DNA from: Basidiobolus meristosporus CBS 931.73
Lineage: Eukaryota; Fungi; Basidiobolomycota
DNA: 64,000 bases
Direction: 5' to 3'
Assembly (NCBI GenBank): GCA_002104905.1
Contig: MCFE01000356.1
Location: 23,931-87,930, forward strand
Shown: piece by piece, positions 12,194 through 23,308 of the stretch
How positions within the stretch are numbered: position 1 is the stretch's first letter
Layout: every line of letters starts with the position of its first letter
Translations under genes and position numbers: made by a program
The notes under the pieces: model-generated
What the model saw: only the letters and a program-made list of their open reading frames with translations
The model's database searches: none
Told to the model about the DNA's origin: nothing

Positions 12194-13418
12194 ATGCAGT
12201 GTCAAGAGACAGGAAAAGCCAGTATACATTCCGGTCTAACTGCGGAGCAGTTAAAGAGCCTACAGTTGATATGGCTCGAACTCCTTCCGAAGCTTCGGGA
12301 GCACCCTCACAACCAAAACCAATCAGCTGAAGACTCTGGCTTGAGCAGCGTGGAGAAGGCGTTTTGGAAAATTGTCCTGTTTGACCATCCTGATAGTATA
12401 CTGCTTCGCTTCCTACGCGCGCGTAAATTCGATGTATCAAAATCGTGCGAAATGCTTCTGAACGCGTTGGACTGGCGTTTGGAGGAGGATGTCGAGAGTA
12501 TCATAGAAAAAGGGGAAACCGTTCTAAACCAGAGGCTGCTTCAAGATGGCCTGACTCATTTCCACGGCCGAGATCCTCATGGGCGCCCGTTGTGGTGAGT
12601 GGGTTTTGCACAAAAGTGGGTTTGCCTTTGGTAACCTTTTCCTAGTATAGCATATGTACACCACTGGCATCCAAAAGCTCAGAGCTTACAAGAGCTCAAG
12701 CAGTACGTTATTTGGACTTTGGAAACCGGTAGATTATTGCTTGATGACGATAAGGATGGGAAAGTGTCTGCTATCATCGACACTAGTGGATTTAACATGA
12801 GCAAAGTGGTAAGGTGGACAGTAGATGGAAAAGCAAATCTCGTGGTTAACTCAAATGGAGTGTAGGATTTCTCCGCGGCCAACTTTCTGGTCAGTTGTAT
12901 GGAAGCATACTATCCCGAATGCTTAGGCAACTTGTACATAGTAGAGGCACCCTGGGTATTTTCAGGTTTGTGGGTGGCGATTATTAGAGTGACACCTGTA
13001 CTAATCATGACTAGGTTTCTGGAAGATGATTTCGCCACTGCTTGATCCGGTCATCAAATCCAAGATCATATTTTGCAAGCGGAAGGAGCTGAGCAATTAT
13101 CTGGAACCAGAGCAATTGATGGAGGCGTTTGGAGGGAAGGATCCGTACAAATATCACTATATCCCGCCATCTGCCGAGGAACTTGGAACCTCCGTATCAT
13201 CCAAGGAGAAGTCGCAGGCGCATGAGGCTTTTTGGGAGGCTGGGAAAGCTTTTGCCCATGTCACTGAAAAATGGGCCAACAACCCAGCAAAATACGATCA
13301 GGAAAGACAAGATGCGGCTCGTGACCTGCGAAAGGCCGGTTTGAAATTACAGCCTTTTATCAGAGCCCCAACCTTCTATCATAGAATCGGAGCTATCCAT
13401 GAAAAAAGCGCACTGTAG
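12194..13418 (+). CDS. CRAL-TRIO/Sec14-family lipid transfer protein (Csr1/Sfh-like), multi-exon
   Basis: DHPDSILLRFLRARKFDV, GRDPHGRP, EAYYPECLG, WKMISPLLDPVIKSKIIF, FGGKDPYKYHYIPP. Confidence 0.9.
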
Positions 13419-14865
13419 CAGTGTTGGTAATAAATGGTAGATCCTGTGACTTGCTCACACAGATAATCAAGTGCCTGTTGTGAATGCTTAACCAGGGATA
13501 TCATACCTCTTGATCCGCATGACTCAAAAACCACCTTGACCTCCATATCAGGCTCATCCCAGATCTCATATCACACGATAAAAGTGTGGGAGCAGCAGCG
13601 TTTATTTGCATCTCCACTCGCGATGGATAGCGTGATAGTGGTAGATAAGATTTATTATCGATAGTTTCACAGCCTCACGCTACTCAATAAAGCCCGCATT
13701 CCATAAGCCGAAACAGCTGGATTCACACGGTTCGTGTCGTTCAATTAGTCTAAATATGTGGCTAGAATGGCGAATGAGCCCTAACTTGTATTAAGCAAAC
13801 ATCGGCTCCACTCTCGCACAAGCTCACCTGTCGCTGGGCAGCATCTAGTGATATTACTCGCCATTCGGAGAACCTGTCTCGGCTTGTATACAGAAATGTC
13901 TTGTTTGATCAATGATTGCAGCCTTGAAAATAGAAATATTTCGTTTGCTCGACGATTGTAGGCTCTGCTCTTATTATACCTTACACAACATAACATGACC
14001 CCAACGCACCCCATCGCACGTTGGAGCAGGCTAACCTAATCATATCGCTGGGTATCAGATGATCTAGACTCTTTTTTGTCCAATAAAGGCAATCCGACGA
14101 GAAGCCATCACGAGTAGCAATAATAGATTGGGATGCCTTTTTGAGATGACTAGACTGCCAAATGGTGGGCGGATCATGTTGTATGCATCAACTACCAAAA
14201 GGCCAAGTTGTTTACTTTTCTCAGTGCAGTGCTGATGGATCGTCCGCATCATCGTGTGAACTCTCAATGTGGTGTCATGTACAGCTATCTCTGGGGACGA
14301 GTGCCGTCTTCCCACCGTATTAGTCCAAACTAGCCATGTATGATCCGTGTATAATCCAACGCTACCCACCGCCATATTAGTTCGGTCCTCCGCTCCACCA
14401 CCAAACCCTTGAACTAAGGGATTAACTTCATTATACTAAATGCGGAACTCCCTCCGGTATCATCCCACGCCAATCCTGGAGTAGATGTCAGATATGACAT
14501 TGGTCATTTGATCCTCAAGCTATCTGTCGAATCTGTTGAACGGAACATACAACTTCAGTCATACCTTGCCGCTAAATTTAATTATGCAATGCTTAAGGGA
14601 ACCGCTTTAATCCAATCACAGCGCACGATCGAGGAGGGGAGAGGTTGCAATGATTGTCCCAAAATATAAAAGCGTACTTGGGCCGAGCAGAAGCCAATTC
14701 AAACCTCTCCCTTTGTCATCATCGGTTGTGTTGTCCTATTTTAATATAGCGCAGCCCTATCTCACAGCCCTGATAATCTTTGTTTGTTGGAAATCTCTTC
14801 TGCCTGGACATCCTAGTTTGGAGGAGTGAATGCCAAAACATCTTCTCTAAATCATTGTACAAATT

Positions 14866-17039
14866 ATGAGTCATTCAAACATCACTACTGGGCATCAGCA
14901 AAATTGTCAATTAGACTCACAATATCATTACACTTATTCAAGAGTTCAATCTACTGGCAATACACACAAAGCAGTCATTTACCCACAATCCACGCAGCAA
15001 CCTCATATAGTACAACCTAGTGGGCTTGCGGCTTATCAAGATCGAAAATTTCCTCAATTTATAAACAGCAACATGGAGTCTCTGCTATCCGTTATTGATC
15101 ATCCTCCACCCATTCCTATACATCACTCTCGGGTCATGAACGAAAACAATAATCCGTTCAGGCCTAACAATTCGAAACCCCCGACACATGTTATCCGGGG
15201 TCCTCAATATGACGATCTTTCTGGCTCTATCCCGGAGCGCACTTCGTCTGCAACCATGTCAATATCGGCTATCGTCGACACCATGTCCCCACCAATGATA
15301 AACAACTACTCGCCTAGCAGAAACTTGCCGGTTTCCTCGATGCTTTCTTCAAATTTGCCGATGCCCCAATCTGCTCACCCATACTACAGCGTTCCTTCTT
15401 TTCACCCTATCAATTCTCCTGATATCATCCAATATCCACAGAGCAGCATGCTGCCCACTACACCCATCACCGATAGTTACTATCACAGCCCACAAACTAG
15501 CCGGAAGCGAAAAGCCTCCTACAGTTACGAGGAAGCACACATGAATCAGAGTCTGAAAATCCAGAAGCGGATAGGCGATAGGATTTTGCCGGTGACCGAA
15601 AGCCATGGCTCGAACCCGCAAACATTCTTGTCGAATATGACAAAGATTACCTGCTGGCATGCTTCCGTAGCTCAGAAATCCTACGGCACTGAGAAGCGAT
15701 TCCTTTGCCCACCACCAGTAGTTACAGTTCATGGCTCGAGCTCCGCTGAGAAGCCTCAGTTGAGCATGTCGGTGATTTGTGAAGCTGGCGCCGGGCCTGG
15801 GCAATTAGAACAGAAAGCCATGCTGGATGAAAACCACAGTGGCACTTTTAAGTATCTGCATGTTAGTGGGACCGCCAAAGCTAAGCAATTTGCCCTAAAG
15901 TTGAAGGTAATTAACCCGGCAGATCGAAGCTCCCTACGGGTTGTGGTATTAACGTATTTATTTTCAACCCTTAGGTTTTCAATAACAAGAGCCCAATTCC
16001 CCACGCCACATTTGATTCCTCACCCATATCCATCATATCGAAACCATCGAAGAAAACCTCGAAAACAAGAAATGTTTCTTCTTGTATATTCTCCGGATCC
16101 ACTGTGTCCCTCTTCAACCGTATAAACTCTCAGACAGTTCGCACAAAGTATATGGGCATTGAGTCTGGAATGCTCTGCGCCAAAAACTCGACCTGGTCAG
16201 CATTCTCGATCACTCTTGTGGATTCCCCACCCTCTGATACAGGCAGACCCATGCTTAATTCCCCCATTACATATGGCTCACAAATCATTCTGACTGATAC
16301 TGCAACCGGTTTTTGCTCTGACCCCCTGATTATCAGGAAGGTTGAAAAAGGGAGAATTGCTCAAAATGCTTCAGGCCCCGTGAGCCAGATGCAGAAAGTT
16401 GCGCTACAGAAACTTGATGATACCGGTTCTGGTGTGATGATGTACCTCTCGGCTTCCAGCTCTCCCAGCGATCAACATGATGCTACCACTGGGTCCAACC
16501 CATTTCTCTCGTACAAGCGGGCCAAGGTTAATGCACACGGCATCGATATACTGGATCCTTCTAACCTCATCGAAGAGGTAGACGATTACTTATCATGGAC
16601 CATAGTAGGCATCTCCAAATTCGAATACAACTATCTGGAGAGCCTTGGTCCTACTACTCGGCCCATCACACCTTTCCCATCGTTGAGTTGCCCAGCAATA
16701 TACAAGCCTAACACCAATACGTTGGAGCTTACCATTCGTCATTTCCATGCACATGACCAGCCACTTGAGGTATGGCTTGGGAACCATGGGCCACTCGATA
16801 TTCGTATCATCTGGCCTTCAGTCGGCTCGGTGGTTATGAAGGGACATGAAACTGTTCTGGTTGCACATCTTCCCAAACACGAGGAGTTATTTGGGGCGAA
16901 TTACCGTCACCTCCATGAGCCATTTCTCGAGCTTCCGCTTCTCTTTGTGCGTGATGATGGTCTTGTATATAACGTATGTCAGTCTCTTCGCTATGAGCAG
17001 GAGCGGCATGGAAGACCCAAGTCGGTCAAAGTACTCTGA
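14866..17039 (+). CDS. CSL-family (CBF1/Su(H)/Lag-1; fungal Cbf11/Cbf12-like) transcription factor, 2 exons
   Basis: CWHASVAQKSYGTEKRFLCPPP, ISIISKPSKK and SLFNRINSQTVRTKY DNA-binding motifs; beta-trefoil region (SQMQKVALQ, WTIVGISKFEY); intron at about 15908-15973 restores the frame; long low-complexity N-terminus. Confidence 0.93.
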
Positions 17040-18000
17040 TGCTGCTTTGAGAGAGATTGAGGAGCCGGACCCCTCCGTGTACAGCGGCTGTAGTTATCAA
17101 ATCCCTAATTTTTGATTCACATTTGTGATAAGGACACTTTGTATGATTGTATTTAGATTTCCCCTATGATGCTCATAATAATAATACCATTGTTACTACT
17201 ACTATCGTTACTATGGAATCAGTCACCACACACACTAACAGTCCGCTTCTTTGCTATGTTCTACGGAGTCATCCAAACGTGAATTCAACCTATCCGATTC
17301 TGCCTTGCATCGAGCACGCAATATGTTCCGGAAAACGAGTTTTTCGGCCTCTGCCAATGACTAGATTGGGAATGTTACACGGTAGCGTGAAAGCCACCTC
17401 TTTATATCTATGACACTTCGGGATTTGATGGATGAAGCTGTACCACTTGAGAGATCCAAATAAGTGAGGACACTCTAGGAATGGCACGAGTTCAAAGAAT
17501 TCCACCCCTTCCTTTGAAGAGCTTGTGTACACCGAAATTCAAGTCCACTCTACTTGTCTCCCGCGTGTGGATCACTACACTAAAAGGAATCTTCCGCGAG
17601 AACACATGCGACTGAGGTTTGTATGGAAACCCGATTGGACTCGGATGATAGAGTGACACATTATAAATCCAGAGATAGGGAGATCGTTTTATCACCATTG
17701 TATCCAGGCTACAGTCATACCGCCTTTAGGTCAGGCGGACCTTCAAGGTTGCATGTCAGTGAGTTGCAATTACGAATATTCGTCTGACTCAACTTGGTAG
17801 GATATGTAACTTAATTTGCCGATGAATACATCCACTAACGAAGGTATTCATATTCGAATGGTTCGTAATTACTCGTAACCTACTTTCCCAACCTGTTAAC
17901 TTTACTACCAACCCACGTTTTTGTTACACTCGATAATATATGCGCACGAACTGACAAGCTGAGCAGCAGAGAAGGGATATATACATGGATCAGACAAGTA

Positions 18001-18808
18001 CTAAGGATTGCTCACATAGTTGGTGAGCGGAGTTCTCAGCAAGGATGCTGTGATATTTCTATGATATCCTGATGTGATACTCAAGGTCCGGAGTAACTTA
18101 TCTCGCAAAAGCTCGTCGCTTCCTTCATTCTGAAATGAACTATTCAGTATCTCTATTCCGTTCAAGAACACTCATGGCCAATGCATACCTGAAAATCGAC
18201 GTACATTAACGGGATATCGTACAACGCTCGAACACTTTCCTCTAGTTCAGCCCGCTCGAATGCGTACTGGGACACCTTGTTTGCTGTATGAGTTTAGTAT
18301 TGTCAACAGCACTTACGGCTATTTCGGCTAGAGGAAATATCAATACCATGAGTAGCGACTATCCAGACTCTTCCCAACAGGAACTCGGGATCTATTTCAA
18401 TAAGACATTCCTTCAGATTCACCAAGGATTCTCTATCCCTCATGTTGACCAATAGTACAATGAAATCTATCCGGGGTCGCGGGGTGAGGATCTCAGGTAA
18501 AGGCAAACTTTTTCCAAGGCGACTATCAAAGGTCATCAGGTGAGCAAATTCGGGCCAGAACTCTGTCCAGGGTCTATGCGAAGGGGATATTTACAGTTGG
18601 AGCGCAAGGTCGAAATTGTTTGGTCGCAACAACGTACTGCTGAACGTTTTTTTACCGGAGTTGGGAGAGCCTAGAAGCTACAAAGAGATCGTTAACTGGG
18701 AATCCAACTTAGAATCGAACATTGTTTCCCAACCAGAAGGCAGGCGCTTTTGTGGACATTTTGCGAAGGAAGCGAAGAGTATGGCGTGAGCAACGGTCTG
18801 GTAAACAT
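18001..18808 (-). CDS. CENPM: Centromere protein M (CENP-M) orthologue, 185 aa, 5 exons
   Basis: Exons 18808-18734, 18677-18595, 18522-18347, 18283-18189, 18129-18001 splice in frame. LRLGKSLPLP...RPRIDFIVLLVN...SL...IDPEFLLGRVWIVAT, LYDIPLMYVDF and KLLRTLSITSGY align with remembered human CENP-M (VHLAKSLPLP..RPRIDLIVFVVN...VDASFFLGKVCFLAT...YQSPLLYCDL...RLVRVLQICAGH). Confidence 0.88.
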
Positions 18809-19000
18809 ACTTCCCACCAGTAAACCGAATTCCCTATTAAAATGATTTCCAATGCTTGGTTATAGAAATGAAATAAAGCATATTGAAAATGATTGTTGAT
18901 TAGTCTGATTAAGAGGTGGGGCTTTTTTATTTGTATTAGATAGAAAAACAATAAGTGGACAATCAATCATGTGAATGTACAGGACAGAGCGGGTGTTTCT

Positions 19001-19925
19001 TTACAATCTATGAACCAACTCCTTCACCATTTCTTTGATTTGTTTTTCATTCAGGTACTCGGAATTCTTGACGGCGTTTGTCAACAGAATGATTCGTTGA
19101 GTGTCAGTGGAATTGACCCATACACGCCCGTTCATTCCAACCGCCGTTTCAAAGGGAAAATGTGAACCCAGAGCAACCAGCACAGGGCTTTTGGGGTTGA
19201 GAAGTCTATTATTCGAAAGTGGAGGTGGAGGTTAGCATGGAAGATAATGAATTGGCTGGCCATAAAAACCCATACTTTCTACAAAGACCGAGGGAGCATT
19301 TGAACATGTATCCATCCTTCAATTCTCCATAACCCTCGCCCTTACCGGTGGTGGGGTTAACACACTCGAGTTCGGGTTCCATATCTTTGTTGGCGAGTGA
19401 CACGCGGGCATACACAAGTGAGCCGACCTAAGAAGGAAATGCATTTAATCCTGGCTCACGACGTGATACGTTTCAATTCAAATATGAATGACATACGTTC
19501 AAATTTGGTTTGTTTCTCCTGGTTGCGCCTTCGAATGCCAGAGCCGGAAGCATGGCAGGTTGAGCTGAACCAATATCAACTCTGTATGATTCCGCGTGTT
19601 TCCCAGTAATAATTCCTATGACTGGCTCGCCAAGGGCAGGTACATACTATTTTCGTGAAGAGCAGCTGTTAATAAACCACGTGGTTCTTCCCCCGAGCAC
19701 TGCGAATGAACTCACTCTTTTTTTATTGTTGTCGACCCACCAACGGTTGCCAACGTTGTGATGCTGTAAGATGCCGGCGCTCACTGACACTACGGAGTCT
19801 TGAGCGTGAAGAAGACCTGGGCCAAGGCGTATGATTGGTTTTGCCTCATTCTCCTCTGAAGGCTCATTTGTGGGAATGATATCCCCTGGAAGAACAATCT
19901 TCAACTGTGTTTCCTCTGTGGTCAT
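19001..19925 (-). CDS. RRP40: Exosome cap subunit Rrp40 (EXOSC3), multi-exon
   Basis: IVLPGD, RLGPGL, AGIL, WVDNNKKR, ARVSLANKDMEPELEC, GELKDG, FETAVGMNGRVWV motifs. Confidence 0.93.
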
Positions 19926-20249
19926 TATGTATTAGTTGGTGGCCTTCGTTTTATGTGAAAGGGCTTATCTAGCTTGGTTGCGAGATTACCTTGACTTTTT
20001 TTTTACGAAGATTTTTTTCATTAAACTGAATTATAGTTATGCTTCTATGTCTCGTACGATACCAGCCTTGCCTATAATGCCTAATGAGCCCCTGGAGCCC
20101 AATCAGATCGTCTACACGTGATCCACACCCATGCCTAACAAATTCGAGAGTGAAAAAAATTAAGTATAAATTGAGTGCTGGTTTCTCAACCAAACCTCAC
20201 TTCGAATCTCATGGTAAGTAATCTACTCAACTAAGCATTTCCCATTTTT

Positions 20250-20337
20250 TCTTTGTGATGACACCATTGACCAATTCCACTGAACACCCCATGTGGATCA
20301 AATCAATTACTTATTAGTTTCAGCCTTGTCTGAAAGA
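20250..20337 (+). ncRNA. SNR41: Box C/D snoRNA, snR41-like (guide for 18S Gm1126, yeast numbering)
   Basis: Box C GTGATGA (20255-20261), D' CTGA (20280-20283), D CTGA (20330-20333), terminal stem TCTTT/AAGA. The 13-nt guide AGTTTCAGCCTTG is complementary to the conserved 18S CAAGGCTGAAACT, and the D+5 rule lands on the G of CAAG. Confidence 0.88.
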
Positions 20338-20470
20338 GCACTTTTTCGTACCTGCCACTGCCATGTTATACCTCATATTAATCAATCATCTTCAGGCAAA
20401 GCTCCATTGATCTCGTACTCACCGCATCCTGATGGCCTAAGTAACATTTGGTAAGTTGCTTTCCTGGTTG

Positions 20471-20564
20471 ATGACTCCGACGATGATAAACGTAGACGGG
20501 CGGACGGATATGCGTTTTTTAAAGGGAACGTGGTTATGTCGAATGTCTACTTCTGAGGGGTCAT
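20471..20564 (+). ncRNA. SNR70: Box C/D snoRNA, snR70-like (guide for 18S Cm1639, yeast numbering)
   Basis: 8-bp terminal stem ATGACTCC/GGGGTCAT, variant C box ACGATGA (20480), D box CTGA (20553). Guide GACGGGCGG (20495-20503) is complementary to the universal 18S CCGCCCGTC and is followed by a D'-like CGGA; internal GTAGAC/GTCTAC stem. Confidence 0.82.
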
Positions 20565-20655
20565 TGAAAATTCTTTTCTATTTCCTTATATTAATCGATT
20601 TATCTACCAGGCATATGAAGGAAATATTGTAAATAAATGTTTATTAAATTAATTG

Positions 20656-22371
20656 TTATTTTACTTTTGCAATTACTTTGGTTATGATATTCTTGATGGT
20701 GTTGGCAGCTCTCTCACTTTCCGTGAGGGAGTGTGCAGCACTTGGACAGAGCCTGATACTGGGCGTTGGTACTGATTTTTCCTGGCAGTGGACATACATC
20801 GAGCGAGTCAGTAGTACACCATTTTTGGCTGAATCATCTACAATATGTTGTAGGATTTTTTCTTGATGTTCGACGCTCAGATCAAGTCTATCAATCAAGT
20901 CAGATTGAATACGGATGTGAATGACCGGAGAATATTCGTGACCTTCCCCAAGCGTGATGGTAGGAATAGCGAGAAGAGCCTTGCGGAAAATAGAGATGTT
21001 GGCTCTTAGGGTCCCTATCAGAGAGGAGTCTTTTTGAAGTAGGCTTAAGCCTTTACGCGCACTCACTGCCAAAACCGCCGGTAACGAAGCCGAGTATGTA
21101 TAGCCCAATCCAGAGAGTCTTTGGTGATCAATGATTTCCCGACTTCCTACCGAGAATCCACCAGAGGAGGTGAGAACATGGCACATCGACCCAACAAGGA
21201 AATCAATTGCCTCGGTCGGTATACCAAAGTGCTCAGTCACCCCAGCACCACGCTTTCCAAGGACTCCTATGGATAAGCTTTCATCCAAAACGAGGCGGTA
21301 TTTGTATTTGTTTTTCAGCTCGATTAGTTTATCTAATGGCGCGATATCTCCGTAATTCATGTACAGCCCCTCGACAACAATGAATCGTCGCGACAGCGGG
21401 CGCTTGATGAGCTCTTTTTGAACGGTCTGTAAGACTCGCTCAAGATCTTCCATATCATTATGCTTGAAGTATTCGACCCTACTTCGGGATATTTGGACCC
21501 CTTTTTGTATCGAGAAGTTCACTCCTGCGTCGCATACAATAATATCTCCTCTTTTGGAGTAGGCGGGAATCACACTGGAGATGGTAGAGAATCCCTGTGA
21601 ATAGACGATGGCATCCTCCACACCCAGGAAGTTGGCGATGTCCTTTTCGAGTAGCTTGTGTACATCTAAGAGAAGGGGGAAGTGAAGATGTGAGTGAAAG
21701 CGAGGGTTGACGGTGCAAGAATTTATATCACCTAGCGTGCCGTAAAATCCTGGCGGTCCGCAGGTGCCAACACCATACTTTCTTAAGGCATCAATAGCCT
21801 CGGCCGTAATCTCTTCGTTAGCCATTAGGCCCAAAAAGTTGAATGAGGCGAGGTTGAGTACAATTCTGCCGTGTGCTAGCGTATGCCTTGGTCCAGAGGG
21901 GCTATAAGCAAAGGATAGGTGAGCAACTGTTCCATAGTAACCTGTCCGGAGAATAATTACCTAGCAATAACTGGAACTTTCTCTAGAACCGTTCTGTCAT
22001 ACTCCGAGAGTGTGGGAACCAGCGGCTCTGGTTGCCATTCTTCAACCAATTCCTCTACTTCCTGAATGAAGAGACATTCAAAGTGAATAAAAGGAATGCA
22101 CTCTTCCGAATACAGTAGAAACTACCTTCTTAGTTAGCTTTACATAGCTATTGTCTATGCGATACTTCTTGGCAAGTAAATAGCGAATGGTAAAGAAAAC
22201 CAGAAACAGCTCGAGGGCCACACGGAAAGGATCGTTTTGGTAAGAGCTCCGTAGGTATTGGACTGCGATAGTAGAGCCAGGAATATGGATATACAGCGCA
22301 TAAAGAGCAGACCCGAAGATGCTGAAGAGGTCGGTGACTGGCATGGCGGTAGAATTTGGTGCAACCTCCAT
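20656..22371 (-). CDS. LCB1: Serine palmitoyltransferase subunit Lcb1 (SPTLC1), multi-exon
   Basis: SYQNDPFRVALE, LNLASFNFLG, KYGVGTCGPPGFYGT, YSQGFSTISSVIPAYSKRGD, LVLDES, YTYSASLP. Confidence 0.95.
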
Positions 22372-23308
22372 GTTGAATAGAAATCGTGGAGAAGCTTTTG
22401 AATTGTTGGAAATATATAGTATCGGATCAAGACATGTTACCGAGTAGCAATAAAAACTTTTGTTGCATCATCTATTCTCCAAGAGCAGTGTATCGAGAAT
22501 TTCTCACCAAATGTTACTTCTGGGCGTCTGTCGTCGGTGTACCCTGCAGATGCAATTCTGCATTGGTCTCGGGCTTTAAGAGCCAGCGATCAAAGACTAT
22601 GTATATGTATCCGTTGAGTTGGTTCAGTGCAGATCTGAGCAAGTCACTCTGTCTATTCCTGATTTACCCTCCCCTCCTTACTCCATTTTTCCTGGGCGTA
22701 GTACAAACATAGCCTGCGGAACATTGAGGGCCTCGGAATAACTTCGCCCTCGGGTAAATGGCATCGCCTAGATCTGTTTAAATTTCTGCATACACTAAGC
22801 GATATTTAGGCTTCTTCCAAATACCAACTGTAATGGAGCATTGGTTTTGGAATTCTTAAGGTATATTCTGCTACCATCTTGCTGCTCTGTCGCACGTACA
22901 GTTGAAATCGGTAACCAGGTCTACCTAATCACGGTGGGTGCAAACAATGCAAACCATTGGTATTTTGGGTTGGAATGTAGTGTTGCTTATACAAAGTCAA
23001 AAATCATGCTCTTCAATCAGTAAATTAGCTACGTCATATTCCTAAACCAAATTTATGTACAACATAAACCAACTCGAGATTTGAACCAAAAATACTGCTG
23101 AATGAATGAGAGGCACTTCAGTTTAAGAAAATCGATTCCTTCAACGACAATTGCATTTTGTCATATCTTAACGCAGTAGCTTTCCGCAAATTTGCGGTTT
23201 GTCTTGTACCATTCTATTTACCCTTCTCCTTGTTGCCTTTTATTTGTTCTGTAAGTCCTTTTTCGAATATCTTCGGCAGACACGTTAGCTATTTGTTTCT
23301 ATTCTAAA

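Larger units (their letters stand above)
20190..20640 (+). ncRNA. Probable non-coding snoRNA host transcript with two snoRNA-bearing introns (20214-20395 and 20451-20610); ends approximate
   Basis: TATAAA at about 20166; two GTAAGT...YAG introns longer than typical here; spliced exons encode only MAKLH*. Confidence 0.7.

Noticed and set aside
14309-14315. GTGGGAA (CSL site) about 550 bp upstream of the CSL gene, suggesting autoregulation
   Set aside because: A single 7-mer is expected by chance every few kb, and it lacks the preferred flanking pyrimidine
13781-14375. ORFs of 77 and 103 aa upstream of CSL
   Set aside because: No family motifs, no convincing splice pattern; probably non-coding
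17700-17880. Small hairpins and the palindrome ACGAATATTCGT between CSL and CENP-M
   Set aside because: Short stems expected by chance; no box or ncRNA signature
20080-20095. TAATGAGCC resembling the snR51 guide for 18S A100
   Set aside because: No C box, proper D/D' box, terminal stem or enclosing intron
22386-22760. 108-aa plus-strand ORF upstream of LCB1 as a possible SPT small subunit
   Set aside because: No resemblance to ssSPT/Tsc3 and no supported gene structure
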